Shown one piece after another: positions 40,370 to 50,839 of a stretch of DNA of 64,000 bases. The notes beneath the pieces are model-generated. The model ran no database searches. It saw only the letters and a list, made by a program, of their open reading frames with translations, and was not told the DNA's origin. Position 1 is the first letter of the stretch. Each line of letters starts with the position of its first letter. A program made the position numbers and the translations under genes. This DNA is from an uncultured Candidatus Bathyarchaeia archaeon (GTDB taxonomy: Archaea; Thermoproteota; CALKCG01; B24): assembly GCA_964463005.1 (NCBI GenBank), contig CAYWZZ010000004.1, forward strand, positions 2,589 through 66,588. The letters are read 5' to 3'.

Positions 40370-43300
40370 TTGAAACGTCAACCAGCTTTGGAGGCATCGG
40401 TTGAATACGAGGAATATTTTAAAAGTATAGAGTTTCAAATTAAAGCTCTTTACGAAATTGCACATGAAGCTAGGTCTAAAGGTTTAGACCCGCTTCCACA
40501 TCCCGAGCCGAAGCTCTCAGAAGACTTAGCTGAACGGGTGGAGTTTTTAGTCGGACCTAAAGGGGTGGCAGACCGTATAAGGAAGCTGAGTTCTACGATG
40601 GGTAGAGAGGCTTTAGCATTTAAAATAGCGGAAGAGATCATTTATAGTGGCTATGGTAGACTTGGATTAGAGAAAACAGCTGAGCAAGCTTTGAGAACAG
40701 CTTTAGCCATAATCACTGAAGGTGTAACTGTAGCACCTGTTCAGGGAATTTCAAAGGTTTCTGTGAAAACGAACTCAGATGGTTCTAAATACCTAGCTAT
40801 CTACTTTGCAGGCCCCATAAGACCCGCTGGGGGGACTGAGCAGGCCCTTATAATCGTTATAGCAGATTTCATCAGGAAAAAGTTGATGTTGGATAGATGG
40901 AAGCCGTCTGAAGAAGAAGTTTTCAGACTCATAGAAGAAGTTAGAACGTATGAGAGGTATGTACGACCCTTCCAATACCAAGTTCCAGACCATGTCTTGG
41001 AAAAGATTATCCGAAACCTACCTGTTGAGATTACTGGTGTTGAAACAGACCCGGTTGAAGTGACATCTTACAGAGACCTACCTAGGGTTGAAACGAATAG
41101 AGTTAGAGGGGGAGCTTTAATAGTGCTCAATGACGGGCTTGCAGGTAGGGCTAGGAAACTTATGAAGATCGTAGAATCTCTTGGTATAGATGACTGGAAA
41201 TGGATAGGTGATGTATGGAATTCCAATGAAAATGGAGGGAAAACGGAGACGATAGAAACAATGTACCTTGAGGAAATACTCGCTGGTAGACCGGTTTTCG
41301 GATTCCCATCTAAATTTGGAGGATTTAGAGTTAGATATGGCCGTGCTAGGAACACTGGATTCGCCGCTTTGGGGATACATCCTGCAACAATGGTGATAGT
41401 TGACAATTTTCTAGCAGTAGGTACTCAGATAAAAATAGAGAAGCCTGGAAAAGCAGGTATAGTCGCTTCGGTAGATTCCATAGAGCCGCCTATTGTAAGG
41501 CTTAAAGACGGCTCCGTAATAAGGGTTGAAACAGTTGAAGAGGCTTTAAGGGTCAAGGATAGGATAGATAAAATACTTTTCTTAGGCGATATTCTCTTAA
41601 GTTTCTACGAGTTTCTTGAAAATAAAGCCAACTTACTCACACCTGGCTTTACAGAAGAACTTTGGAGTCAAATGCTTCTGAATAGTTTAAAGGAAAAATA
41701 TGGATTGAATTACGTGGAGTTTAGTGAAATCTCAGGAATACCCGTCGATAGGCTTAAATCGTTTATTGAAGAACCGTTATGTGTTAAACCCACCCCATTT
41801 GAGGTTTTAACGATATCTCGCTTATTAGGAATACCTATTCACCCACGTTTCACTTATGCATGGGGGGAGCTGACGCTTAATGAACTTGAATATTTGCGGA
41901 AGGCTCTCTCAAAGGCTGAAATTGAACGCGCCGATGGGATCATTAAGAGGATAAAGCTTAGGGTTGATAAAGATGTTAAAATTATTCTCGAAAAACTTCT
42001 TGTGCCTCATAGCGTTTCAGGTGAATGGATAATTATAGGAGATGATGGACAGGTATTATATGAATGTCTGAAACCCAATACTCCGTTGAGTGGTTTAAAT
42101 AGTGATGACATTTTCAACATAATATCCACGATTTCAGGGTTTGAAGTTAAGCCTAAATTCGTAAGCTTTATAGGTGCTAGAATGGGTAGACCGGAGAAAG
42201 CAAACCGAAGACTTATGAAGACTTCAGTTCACAGTCTGTTCCCAATAGGTCTTGCGGGTGGATCTAGAAGAAATATAGTGGAAGCCGCTGAAAAGAATCT
42301 AGTAGAAGTTGAGCTTGTTCACCGTAAATGTTTACAATGTGGTTTTGAAACGTATAAATCCACTTGCCCTAAATGCGGAGGTAGAACATCTGTACAATAT
42401 GGATGCCCAGTCTGTGGAAGACCTTTAAGTTTAGACGCCGTGTGTCCATCGTGTAAAGCTCCCTCCTCACCGTATAAAAGTACGCGTATAGATTTAAGAA
42501 GTGAATTTTATGAGGCTTTAAGAAGAGTAGGATCTCCAAAATTGGAGATCGTTAAGGGAGTTATCAAACTTATGAATGCAACTAGAACTCCAGAGCCTCT
42601 TGAGAAGGGTATATTAAGGGCAAAATACGACCTGACGGTGTTTAAAGATGGCACTATCAGATTCGACATGACGAACGCGCCACTGACTCATTTCAAACCA
42701 TCCGAAATAAATATTTCCATAGAAAAACTCAGAGAGCTTGGGTACTATAGGGATTTTGAAGGCAAACCACTTGAAAGTTTAGATCAGATATGCGAGCTTA
42801 AAATCCACGACATAATACTTCCAAAGACCTGCGGTAAATATCTTGTAAAAGTGGCGAATTTCATAGATGAGCTTCTTGAAAAATTCTACGGTTTAAAGCC
42901 GTTCTATAATGTTAAAAATGAAAACGATCTCATAGGACATTTAGTCGTCGGATTAGCTCCTCATACGTCAGTCGGCGTTGTTGGTAGAATCATAGGTTTC
43001 ACCGATGCAAGCGTATGCTTTGCTCATCCATATTGGCATGCGTGTAAAAGGAGAGATTGTGATGGAGATGAAGATTCCGTTATGCTTGCTTTAGATTGTC
43101 TAATGAATTTTTCAGCTGAATATCTACCCGCTCAAGTTGGAGGGTTAATGGATGCCCCACTTATGATAACTTACAGGATTAACCCGTTCGAAGTAGACTC
43201 CGCTGTTCACAATTTAGATGTCTCGGATAAATATCCTATAGAGTTTTATAATCTCTGCTTTAAGGGAGCTGACGCTAGAGAAGCTAAAGATTTTATTGAA

Positions 43301-43819
43301 ATAGTTGAGAAAAGGCTTGGTTTAAAGAGCCAATTTGAAGGGTTTAAGTATACGCATCCATCGACAACAATAACAGGTGGCAATTTAAAGACTAGTTATA
43401 AAAAACTTAAGACTATGAATCAGAAAATGCTAAGTCAACTTAATCTTGCGGATAAGATATTAGCCGTTGACGCCGCCAAAATTGCTGAGAAGATTCTGAC
43501 AACGCATTTACTCAAGGATATAACCGGCAATCTTAGAGCATTCACATCTCAGACGTTTAGATGTAAAAATTGCAATACCAGGTATCGTAGAGTGCCTCTA
43601 AGCGGTAGATGTAGGAAGTGTGGCGGAGCGTTGATACTGACAGTTTTTAAGGGAGGGGTTGAAAAATACCTTAAAATGGCTGAAGATATAGTTGAGAAGT
43701 ATAGACTTGGAAGCTACTATCACCAAAGGCTTATGCTTATTAGGGATGAGATATGTACGCTTCTAGTTAACGGTAAAACTGGCGTGCAGGCAAGTTTAAG
43801 TAAATTTATACAAGATTGA
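40370..43819 (+). CDS. polC: DNA polymerase D large subunit (DP2)
   Basis: YFAGPIR.AGGT, NRVRGG, RYGR.RNTG, RMGRPEKA, KRRDCDGDED, GG.MDAP, C-terminal Zn finger. No intein evident. Confidence 0.97.
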   Translation: MKRQPALEASVEYEEYFKSIEFQIKALYEIAHEARSKGLDPLPHPEPKLSEDLAERVEFLVGPKGVADRIRKLSSTMGREALAFKIAEEIIYSGYGRLGLEKTAEQALRTALAIITEGVTVAPVQGISKVSVKTNSDGSKYLAIYFAGPIRPAGGTEQALIIVIADFIRKKLMLDRWKPSEEEVFRLIEEVRTYERYVRPFQYQVPDHVLEKIIRNLPVEITGVETDPVEVTSYRDLPRVETNRVRGGALIVLNDGLAGRARKLMKIVESLGIDDWKWIGDVWNSNENGGKTETIETMYLEEILAGRPVFGFPSKFGGFRVRYGRARNTGFAALGIHPATMVIVDNFLAVGTQIKIEKPGKAGIVASVDSIEPPIVRLKDGSVIRVETVEEALRVKDRIDKILFLGDILLSFYEFLENKANLLTPGFTEELWSQMLLNSLKEKYGLNYVEFSEISGIPVDRLKSFIEEPLCVKPTPFEVLTISRLLGIPIHPRFTYAWGELTLNELEYLRKALSKAEIERADGIIKRIKLRVDKDVKIILEKLLVPHSVSGEWIIIGDDGQVLYECLKPNTPLSGLNSDDIFNIISTISGFEVKPKFVSFIGARMGRPEKANRRLMKTSVHSLFPIGLAGGSRRNIVEAAEKNLVEVELVHRKCLQCGFETYKSTCPKCGGRTSVQYGCPVCGRPLSLDAVCPSCKAPSSPYKSTRIDLRSEFYEALRRVGSPKLEIVKGVIKLMNATRTPEPLEKGILRAKYDLTVFKDGTIRFDMTNAPLTHFKPSEINISIEKLRELGYYRDFEGKPLESLDQICELKIHDIILPKTCGKYLVKVANFIDELLEKFYGLKPFYNVKNENDLIGHLVVGLAPHTSVGVVGRIIGFTDASVCFAHPYWHACKRRDCDGDEDSVMLALDCLMNFSAEYLPAQVGGLMDAPLMITYRINPFEVDSAVHNLDVSDKYPIEFYNLCFKGADAREAKDFIEIVEKRLGLKSQFEGFKYTHPSTTITGGNLKTSYKKLKTMNQKMLSQLNLADKILAVDAAKIAEKILTTHLLKDITGNLRAFTSQTFRCKNCNTRYRRVPLSGRCRKCGGALILTVFKGGVEKYLKMAEDIVEKYRLGSYYHQRLMLIRDEICTLLVNGKTGVQASLSKFIQD

Positions 43820-43886
43820 AATGGTCGAAATGGAAGTACTTAAATATTTAATTTCTTCTTAAACCATGAGGAGTTGAAGGTCGACA

Positions 43887-45551
43887 TTGGTGTTCAGTAT
43901 GATTAAGGTAAAGTTCTACTTGTTGCTGGTCGTAACCTTCATATCGATATCCATTCCATCCGCATATTCCATCAATAGCATAACGTACGATAGGGAAGTG
44001 ACTTTACATTCTACTGGTCTTATCCTTCTAAAAGACCGCATCTCGGAACTTGATGGAAGCAATAGAACGGTCACTTTGAAGCTTCCGAGGGGGCTTGCGG
44101 AAAACCTGTTAGATTATAGAGCTGAAACGGTGGACGGTTTAAACTTAAACGTGAGAATCGTTGAATTCACGGAAAATGAGACAATGGTAGAAGTGATGGA
44201 TGTTACCTCTTCATCTATAACTTTGCTCTTCTTAGTTAATGGTAGTGCATTAACCGGGTCAACTGATACATTTACAATATACGTACCTATCTATCCGGGG
44301 TTGAACATGGATATTGCACGGTTGAATTTCACCTTAACAATACCAAGAGCTGCTATATTTGAAGACTACCCAAGTGATTTCAACATATCCGCCGGTAGAC
44401 TCTGGCTTATACGTGAGAATTTAGAGAAAAATGCTTTTAGAGTGGAGCCAGTATCTATAGCTGAAAGCCCATTAATCGATGTTAAAGAGTTCAGCAAAAC
44501 TATCACTGTTTCAGAACATGGAGATGTAATAGTGGAGGAGTTCTATAGGATTGTAAATTTAGGCTCATCCGCCTCACAAATAATTTTCACTCTTCCAGCA
44601 AACGCTTGCGAAGTCTATGCGAAAGATGAATTTGGAAGACTCCAGTCTTCAACGAAAACCGAGGGGAATACTCTAACGTTAACTGTTAAACCGAGGTATG
44701 AATTGAGGAGGGGTGATAGATACTCTTTAATAATAACGTACAAGTTTCCAGCAGGCTTAATTGTGGAACACCACTTATTCAAGTACTCTCATAAGCTAAG
44801 CATGGAATTGGGATCGGCTCTACCCATAGTTGCTGAGTATCTACGAGTAAATTTGAAGCTACCGAGTTACTCCACAATTGTGGATGTTAAGCCTGAAAAC
44901 TATACGGAGAATGATGGCATTTTAAGCTGGACTTTGGAAAGTAGCGGGCATGGTCTTGTTTTATCTCCTATTAGACAGCCACCTATTCTCACGTTAAACT
45001 ACAACTATAACGTTCTCTGGTCTTCCTTTAAACCCATCCTCTGGACTTTATGCGGATTAGTAACCGTCGTTATCGGGTACTACGTATATAGGGCTAGGGT
45101 TGTAAAGACGGTTGAAGTTATACCTAAAGTCAGAGCACCAGTTGCTACTAAGGAGATTTCAGAGTTTGCTTCAGCTTATGAAGAAAAGCTTAACCTTAGG
45201 AGGGAGATGCGTGAACTTGAAAGCAACTATTTGGCTGGAAATATATCTAAGGCCGAGTTTTCAGCGCGTTCTATGAAGATTAAGAATAGGATTGCTGAAC
45301 TCGATAAGGTAATTGAAAACTTAAAGCCTACCATTAGACTCGCTGGTTTCCTCGACGAATTGACTAGCATAGAGGAGGCTGAAGCCGATTTAAGCATCTG
45401 TGATGTAGGTCTAGGTGAGCTTAGAAGTAGATATCGATCTGGCAAAATTTCAAAACACGTGTATGAGAGACTTCTAAACGAGTACAATAAGCGGATACGT
45501 ACGAATGAGAGTAAGATAAGGAGAGCCCTTGAAGCGATCTCTTCAAGTTGA
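43887..45551 (+). CDS. Secreted/membrane protein with ribophorin-I-like luminal domain, one TM helix and cytoplasmic coiled coil
   Basis: Signal peptide, beta-rich domain (D..G.L...PRY.L..G..Y), YNYN.LWS..P.LW TM, helical tail. Confidence 0.55.
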   Translation: MVFSMIKVKFYLLLVVTFISISIPSAYSINSITYDREVTLHSTGLILLKDRISELDGSNRTVTLKLPRGLAENLLDYRAETVDGLNLNVRIVEFTENETMVEVMDVTSSSITLLFLVNGSALTGSTDTFTIYVPIYPGLNMDIARLNFTLTIPRAAIFEDYPSDFNISAGRLWLIRENLEKNAFRVEPVSIAESPLIDVKEFSKTITVSEHGDVIVEEFYRIVNLGSSASQIIFTLPANACEVYAKDEFGRLQSSTKTEGNTLTLTVKPRYELRRGDRYSLIITYKFPAGLIVEHHLFKYSHKLSMELGSALPIVAEYLRVNLKLPSYSTIVDVKPENYTENDGILSWTLESSGHGLVLSPIRQPPILTLNYNYNVLWSSFKPILWTLCGLVTVVIGYYVYRARVVKTVEVIPKVRAPVATKEISEFASAYEEKLNLRREMRELESNYLAGNISKAEFSARSMKIKNRIAELDKVIENLKPTIRLAGFLDELTSIEEAEADLSICDVGLGELRSRYRSGKISKHVYERLLNEYNKRIRTNESKIRRALEAISSS

Positions 45552-45556
45552 AAACG

Positions 45557-45668
45557 TTTATATATCCGCCAGATGCCATATCTTCTCCGGATTAAGAGGG
45601 TAAGGAGGAACCCTTTAGGGATTCTTTCCTACCTTCTTAAATCCAATAAACTAAAGGGAGGTTGGATT
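45557..45668 (+). promoter_or_regulatory. TATA box (45557-64) and structured 5' leader of the TRAM gene
   Basis: tttatata with upstream gaaaa BRE. Long stem 45589-45602/45630-45644. Alternative pairings cover the GGGAGG SD. Confidence 0.55.
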
Positions 45669-45920
45669 ATGGAAAGAGGTAAAAAGAGGCGGCCGGCTAC
45701 AAGTGGCTTTAGACCAGCTAGACGAGTACCAGTTGTCATAGGTGGCGAGTACGATGTTGAAATAGAAAGTCTTGGAAGTAGGGGAGATGGAATAGCTAGA
45801 ATTGAAGGCTTCGTAATATTTGTAAAAAACACTAAAGTTGGAGATAAGCTTAAAGTTAGAGTAGATTCTATCAGTAGAAGATTCGCCATAGCTACACCGG
45901 TCGCTCAAAGTGGGGAGTAG
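45669..45920 (+). CDS. Single TRAM-domain RNA-binding protein
   Basis: PV..G.EYDV.IE..G..GDGIARI.GFVIFV.....GD...V. ATG at 45669 with GGGAGG SD. Confidence 0.9.
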   Translation: MERGKKRRPATSGFRPARRVPVVIGGEYDVEIESLGSRGDGIARIEGFVIFVKNTKVGDKLKVRVDSISRRFAIATPVAQSGE

Positions 45921-45927
45921 GAGAGCA

Positions 45928-45952
45928 TTTAAACGATTGGGAATCGTTTAAA
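45928..45952. terminator. Perfect 11-bp inverted repeat downstream of the TRAM gene
   Basis: tttaaacgatt-ggg-aatcgtttaaa. Terminator/stability hairpin or operator; function not determinable. Confidence 0.4.
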
Positions 45953-46067
45953 ACGATCAATATTTCCTAAATTTTTGTTGAAAACTATTTCTACACTTTT
46001 CCATCGCGCTCGGGAAAACAATGCTATGAGGAGAAGTTAAAAATATTTGATTTTTAAGATTGTTTAA

Positions 46068-46796
46068 TTGTTGAAAGAGGATTCTGATTCTCGACTTGAG
46101 ATGGTACATGATGCTGTTGAATGTGAAATAGTTAAACGGATCAATAGGTTTCTCGTTGAAATACTCATTGACGGTTCTCCAACAATAGCCTATGTCAACA
46201 ATACCGGTAAACTTCTAGAATTCATGATTAGAGGTAGAGTGGCCTACTGTTTAAAGACACAGGGTGGAAAAACTATGTACCGTCTTTTTGCGGTAGACGT
46301 TGGAGACGGTCTAGCTGCGATTATAGACACTAGGATTCAGATGCAGCTTTTCGAAAGAGCGGCTGATAAGGGGTTGATACATTGGCTTGGAAGATATAGA
46401 ATAGTTAAGAGAAACTGTAGATTAGGCGGGTCTTTGATAGATTATCTAATAGAGCTGGATGGTAGACTCGCATACCTCGAAGTTAAAAGTGCAGTTTTAC
46501 GGGATAGTGAAGGATATGCTTTATATCCAGATTGCCCAACTGCTAGGGGGAGGAGGCATATAATGGAGATTATAAAGTATGCTGAGAGGGGTGGTTTGGG
46601 AATAATAGTGTTCATAGCAGCACTGCCACACGTCAACGGTTTTAAGCCGAATCCTAGAGGGGACAAGGAAATACCCAAGCTACTTTTAAAAGCTTACAAC
46701 ACTGGGTGTATTTTAAAGGCGATAAGTATCTACTACGACCGATGCTCTTCATCATTCTATTTGAATAACCCAGACATCCCAGTTATTCTACAATAG
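46068..46796 (+). CDS. sfsA: SfsA-family DNA/RNA nuclease
   Basis: RINRF, NTG.L.E, IDY...YLEVKS, YPD.PT.RG.RH. Confidence 0.9.
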   Translation: MLKEDSDSRLEMVHDAVECEIVKRINRFLVEILIDGSPTIAYVNNTGKLLEFMIRGRVAYCLKTQGGKTMYRLFAVDVGDGLAAIIDTRIQMQLFERAADKGLIHWLGRYRIVKRNCRLGGSLIDYLIELDGRLAYLEVKSAVLRDSEGYALYPDCPTARGRRHIMEIIKYAERGGLGIIVFIAALPHVNGFKPNPRGDKEIPKLLLKAYNTGCILKAISIYYDRCSSSFYLNNPDIPVILQ

Positions 46797-46804
46797 GGAT
46801 TCCT

Positions 46805-47440
46805 ATGGCTAAGGTGGATGAGCTACTTAAAGAAGTCAACCGTTTGAAAAATAGTTATGTAAAAAAGCTGGTAGATGCACGTATAGAAGAGTTTAAGCAG
46901 ACTGGCAGGAAATCTAGTAGGGAGATTTTTAAAGAGCTGTGTTTTTGCATTCTAACGGCTAATTTTAACGCTGAGAGGAGTATAGAGATTCAGAAGAGGA
47001 TAGGTGATGGTTTTCTAACCCTCCCATTACCTCAGCTTGTGAAAGAGCTTAAAGCATTGGGCCATCGCTATCCTGAAACTAGAGCACGGTACATTGTAGA
47101 GGCTAGAAGACATGCTGATTCTCTGAAGGAAATTATTTTACGTTTTAAAGATGCGAATTCTCTGAGGGAGTGGCTTGTTAAAAACGTAAAGGGGATTGGA
47201 TTTAAAGAGGCAAGTCATTTCCTTAGAAATATCGGCTTCTCCGATTTAGCTATAATAGATTTCCACATAGTCAATATACTATCTAAGTATGGTTTAATGA
47301 ACGGATTTAAAACCATGACTAAGAAGAGATATTTAGAAATAGAATCCACGTTGAGGAAAATAGCCAACTGTTTGAACGTTCCATTAGCTGAGCTTGACTT
47401 ATTCCTATGGTATCTTGAAACAGGTAAAGTTTTAAAATAA
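46805..47440 (+). CDS. ogg: 8-oxoguanine DNA glycosylase/AP lyase (Ogg2 type)
   Basis: ELCFCILTAN, VKGIG.KEASHFLRN.G, AIIDFH, LW..ETG.VLK. Confidence 0.93.
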   Translation: MAKVDELLKEVNRLKNSYVKKLVDARIEEFKQTGRKSSREIFKELCFCILTANFNAERSIEIQKRIGDGFLTLPLPQLVKELKALGHRYPETRARYIVEARRHADSLKEIILRFKDANSLREWLVKNVKGIGFKEASHFLRNIGFSDLAIIDFHIVNILSKYGLMNGFKTMTKKRYLEIESTLRKIANCLNVPLAELDLFLWYLETGKVLK

Positions 47441-47472
47441 AAGGGGATGTATGTAATAGCGTCTTACAGACA

Positions 47473-49347
47473 CTATGGTATTTGAAGCCGCTGTTTAACC
47501 CTTTCCAAGGCCTTCCAGACTTCACCTATACCTAGTTTTTCAAGGACCCCCTTCTTAGGTAGACCGTATTCATCCCATCCAGCCGCTTCATAATAAGTCC
47601 GCTTCAGTTTATCGACTTCTTCTTTTTTAACGGTTGCACCTTTAAGTGGTCCAGAAGGTAAGGGTTCATAGAATCTGGGCGGATTATCATCATCTACTCG
47701 TGGGTCCCAGTAAACGTCTGGACCGCCTAGTAAGAGTAGTGTTCTTTGAATTGCAGCTATTCTAGGAGCTATCTCATTATAGAGTTCGTCGTCGGATATA
47801 CTCCATCCAGCTACGGTTTTGAAAAACCTATAAACGTGTTCTTTTCTAAAGTTAAACCAGCATATAATTGCTGAGTCTATGAGTATTATCTCCCATTCTC
47901 CCGGTCTATTCTTCTCATCTAAGTTTGAGACGGACGTGTGGTCTCCACCTTGAAGGTTGCAAACGTACGCCGTGGGTTTTGTATAATCTAAACCGCTTCT
48001 TATACCGTGCGCTCCAACACCTATCCCTTTAACTTGCACGGCATATGGCATTACGTTGACGTTTTTCATCTTACTTATTTTTAAAGCAGCTCTGTAAGTA
48101 CCTTCAGCTAAAACATTGCCTATACCTATTCTGTGTGCTATCATCTCTTGAACCTTTGCAAAGGCTTCGAAGTCTCCCCATTTGAGTTCAAACCCGAAGT
48201 CTTCCTTAGTCAATATACCTCTTTGATAGAGTTCAGCTGCAAAGCCTAGTACATTGCCAACCTGTATACCGCATAAGCCGAGGTCGTCGGCTTTAGCCGA
48301 TAGGTATACGTTTCCATCTGGTTCAAATACCCCAAGATTCGTACCCAGGTATGCCTGTAATTCATAGTCTGGATTGTCTGTTAAAGTGCCTTTAAATTTG
48401 CCGTGTTTAATCATGGCCAATTTAAGACACGTTGTTGGGCATCCGAAGTCGCCCCAGAACCTCTTAATCCAAACCTTACTCTCAAATGAGCTTGATCCAT
48501 ATCTGGTTTCATCATGCCATTCTTCTTGCCAATTTCTAATGGGCTCGCTACTCGTATCAACACCAACGGTATACCCAGCTGAACCCGTACCCCAGTATCT
48601 CATCGTAAACGACTGCATAAGGCTCTTACATACGTCGTCTAAGGCTTTTTTAAAGACTTCGGGCTCTGCAACCTCAGGTAATGGGCCTGTACCTTTAACG
48701 GCTATGGCTTTTAACATTTTAGAGCCCATGACCGCTCCATAACCTCCATATCCGGCGGCGTGTGTGATCTTAGCGGCTACGGCAGCAACTCTTACCCTAT
48801 TTTCACCAGCGGGTCCTATGTATAGGATGCTCGGCTCCTTGCAGACACCATGCAGTGGACGCTCTTTAGACATTTCTTCTCTAAGCTCCTTTGTGAGCGT
48901 TCTTAACGTTTCCCTAGCACCCTGCCCCCATATGTGCGATGCGTCTTTAATTTCCACCTCTTCATCTTTAATCCATAGATAAGTCGGCTTCTCAGCAACA
49001 CCGCTTACAATTATCCCATCATATCCTGCGCATTTAAGTTCGACTCCGAACTCTCCTCCCACAGTTGAACCTACTACACCATTACTTTGAGGGGACTTAC
49101 CAGATACGCACACTCTTCCTCCTGGGTAATAGCCAGTTAAAGGACCTGTGAGAATGAGAAGTATGTTATCTGGACCTAATGGATCTACTTCCTCCCATTT
49201 TTGACCAAGTCTATCCCATAGAATTTTGACGGCTAAACCGCGACCTCCTATGTATCTACGCATAATGCTTCTGTCTATTTTAACAACTTTAACGTTTTTC
49301 GTAGATAGATCGACTTCTAAAAGCTTACCCCACCATCCATAAGGCAT
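47473..49347 (-). CDS. Tungsten aldehyde:ferredoxin oxidoreductase family
   Basis: YIGGRG, KSP, L..AGYDG, IGPAGEN, GAVMGSK.LKA, YY...GWD..G.P. Confidence 0.9.
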   Translation of the reverse strand: MPYGWWGKLLEVDLSTKNVKVVKIDRSIMRRYIGGRGLAVKILWDRLGQKWEEVDPLGPDNILLILTGPLTGYYPGGRVCVSGKSPQSNGVVGSTVGGEFGVELKCAGYDGIIVSGVAEKPTYLWIKDEEVEIKDASHIWGQGARETLRTLTKELREEMSKERPLHGVCKEPSILYIGPAGENRVRVAAVAAKITHAAGYGGYGAVMGSKMLKAIAVKGTGPLPEVAEPEVFKKALDDVCKSLMQSFTMRYWGTGSAGYTVGVDTSSEPIRNWQEEWHDETRYGSSSFESKVWIKRFWGDFGCPTTCLKLAMIKHGKFKGTLTDNPDYELQAYLGTNLGVFEPDGNVYLSAKADDLGLCGIQVGNVLGFAAELYQRGILTKEDFGFELKWGDFEAFAKVQEMIAHRIGIGNVLAEGTYRAALKISKMKNVNVMPYAVQVKGIGVGAHGIRSGLDYTKPTAYVCNLQGGDHTSVSNLDEKNRPGEWEIILIDSAIICWFNFRKEHVYRFFKTVAGWSISDDELYNEIAPRIAAIQRTLLLLGGPDVYWDPRVDDDNPPRFYEPLPSGPLKGATVKKEEVDKLKRTYYEAAGWDEYGLPKKGVLEKLGIGEVWKALERVKQRLQIP

Positions 49348-49877
49348 TAAACCCACCCCTCCCATTCTTCACCGTAAACCTTTAAAGCCAAATCTCTGAC
49401 TACGTCTTCAGGTCTTCTAGCATAGACTTTGTAGACTTGAGATGCAAATCTAGGAACCTTTATAAGTGCATTGTAGCCAGCCTCCATACAAACCTTAACG
49501 CATTCAGGCTCTCCACCGCATAGGTCGCATATTACGGCATACTTCATTTTCGGGTGAATGAAGGGTACTTTGCCTGGGCACGCATCTATACACTTACCGC
49601 ATCCGGTACACTTATCCACGTCTACCAAAACGGCGCTTGTCTTCTCATCGACGGTTAATGCCTTAAATGGGCATGCTGAAACACATGGATAGTCTGGGCA
49701 TTGAGTACATAAATGGGGGATTTCAAGCCCTGGTATAAGCATGAAGACTCGGATTCTTGACGCTTCAGGCCATATTCTTCCCTCATGCTTTAGAGAGCAA
49801 ACTATCTCGCATCTTCTACAGCCGCTACAACGTTCATAGTCTCTGAATATCCATATTTTCGCTTTTTCTTCAGCCAA
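49347..49877 (-). CDS. 4Fe-4S dicluster protein (AOR partner subunit)
   Basis: CSGCRRCE..C, CTQC...PC...CP, CTGCGKC...CP, CDLC...P.C...C. TAATG overlap with AOR. Confidence 0.9.
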   Translation of the reverse strand: MAEEKAKIWIFRDYERCSGCRRCEIVCSLKHEGRIWPEASRIRVFMLIPGLEIPHLCTQCPDYPCVSACPFKALTVDEKTSAVLVDVDKCTGCGKCIDACPGKVPFIHPKMKYAVICDLCGGEPECVKVCMEAGYNALIKVPRFASQVYKVYARRPEDVVRDLALKVYGEEWEGWV

Positions 49878-49910
49878 AGTAAACCACCAATTAAGATTTG
49901 GCTTAATAGT

Positions 49911-50699
49911 TTATATTTTTTCCGCCGACTCTAACTTACGGGCTATTCTATTGGCTATTAGAGCCGCTACGACCCCAGCCGCTACTCCAGAATCTATGTT
50001 TACAACGGCTAAGCCTAGTGGGCATGCTTGAAGCATCGCTTGCAGTGCAGCCAACCCTCCACCTCCAAATCCGTATCCTTGAGAAGTTGGAACACCTATT
50101 ACTGGAATGTCTACGAGGCTGGCTATTATCGATGGGAGAGCCCCCTCTCTACCGGCTATGGCAATTATTACATCAACATCGTTTAACAGCATTTCTTTGA
50201 GGGCTTCAAACGTCCTATGTAATCCAGCAACCCCTACATCGTAGGCCTTATAAACCTTACAACCCATTTCTTCAGCAACCACGCAAGCTTCCTCCGCTAT
50301 AGGTATATCTGCCGTCCCGGCTGTGATTATTCCCACGCGACCCCCATGTCTATGCTTGGCACCTCCCTTTCTCAAGATGATTATGCGGGCTTTATCGTAT
50401 ACTTCAACCGTAACCCCCTTATTTGAGAAGAACTTCTTGAACTTATCCATAATCTGCCTGTCGGCTCTACTTACGATTATGCGGTCGGTTTTCTCAATGG
50501 CTCTTAGACAGATCTCTAGGAGATCTTCTAGGTTCTTACCCTCTGCAAGTATTATTTCAGGCGCTCCCCTTCTAACTTCTCTACCGATATCTACACGGGC
50601 GAGCTCATGAATCTTCTCTATCGTAAAGAGTTTGAGGGCTTTTAACGCTTCTTCAAGGGAGATTTCTCCTTTAGAGAGCTTCCTTAGAATCTCCTCCAT
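49911..50699 (-). CDS. larB: Nickel-pincer cofactor biosynthesis protein LarB
   Basis: R.G.PE.I.AEGK, AGTADIP.AEEA, DVGVAGLHR, PTS.GYG, VVNID.G. Confidence 0.92.
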   Translation of the reverse strand: MEEILRKLSKGEISLEEALKALKLFTIEKIHELARVDIGREVRRGAPEIILAEGKNLEDLLEICLRAIEKTDRIIVSRADRQIMDKFKKFFSNKGVTVEVYDKARIIILRKGGAKHRHGGRVGIITAGTADIPIAEEACVVAEEMGCKVYKAYDVGVAGLHRTFEALKEMLLNDVDVIIAIAGREGALPSIIASLVDIPVIGVPTSQGYGFGGGGLAALQAMLQACPLGLAVVNIDSGVAAGVVAALIANRIARKLESAEKI

Positions 50700-50839
50700 A
50701 ATGATGCACTTAAAAGAAGAGATGATAATTATCCTTAATATATTTTAATAGGCTTCGACGGGAAGTGAAGTTAAATTTCAACTTGCTTAAAAGTAATGTT
50801 TAGATATTCCAACACGCTAGTTTTAGCTTAAGTGTATCT

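Noticed and set aside
40370-43819. Intein in PolD DP2
   Set aside because: Length is typical and no intein motifs were seen.
45573-45668. N-terminal extension of the TRAM ORF
   Set aside because: ATG 45573 is too close to the TATA box. SD and domain boundaries favour ATG 45669.
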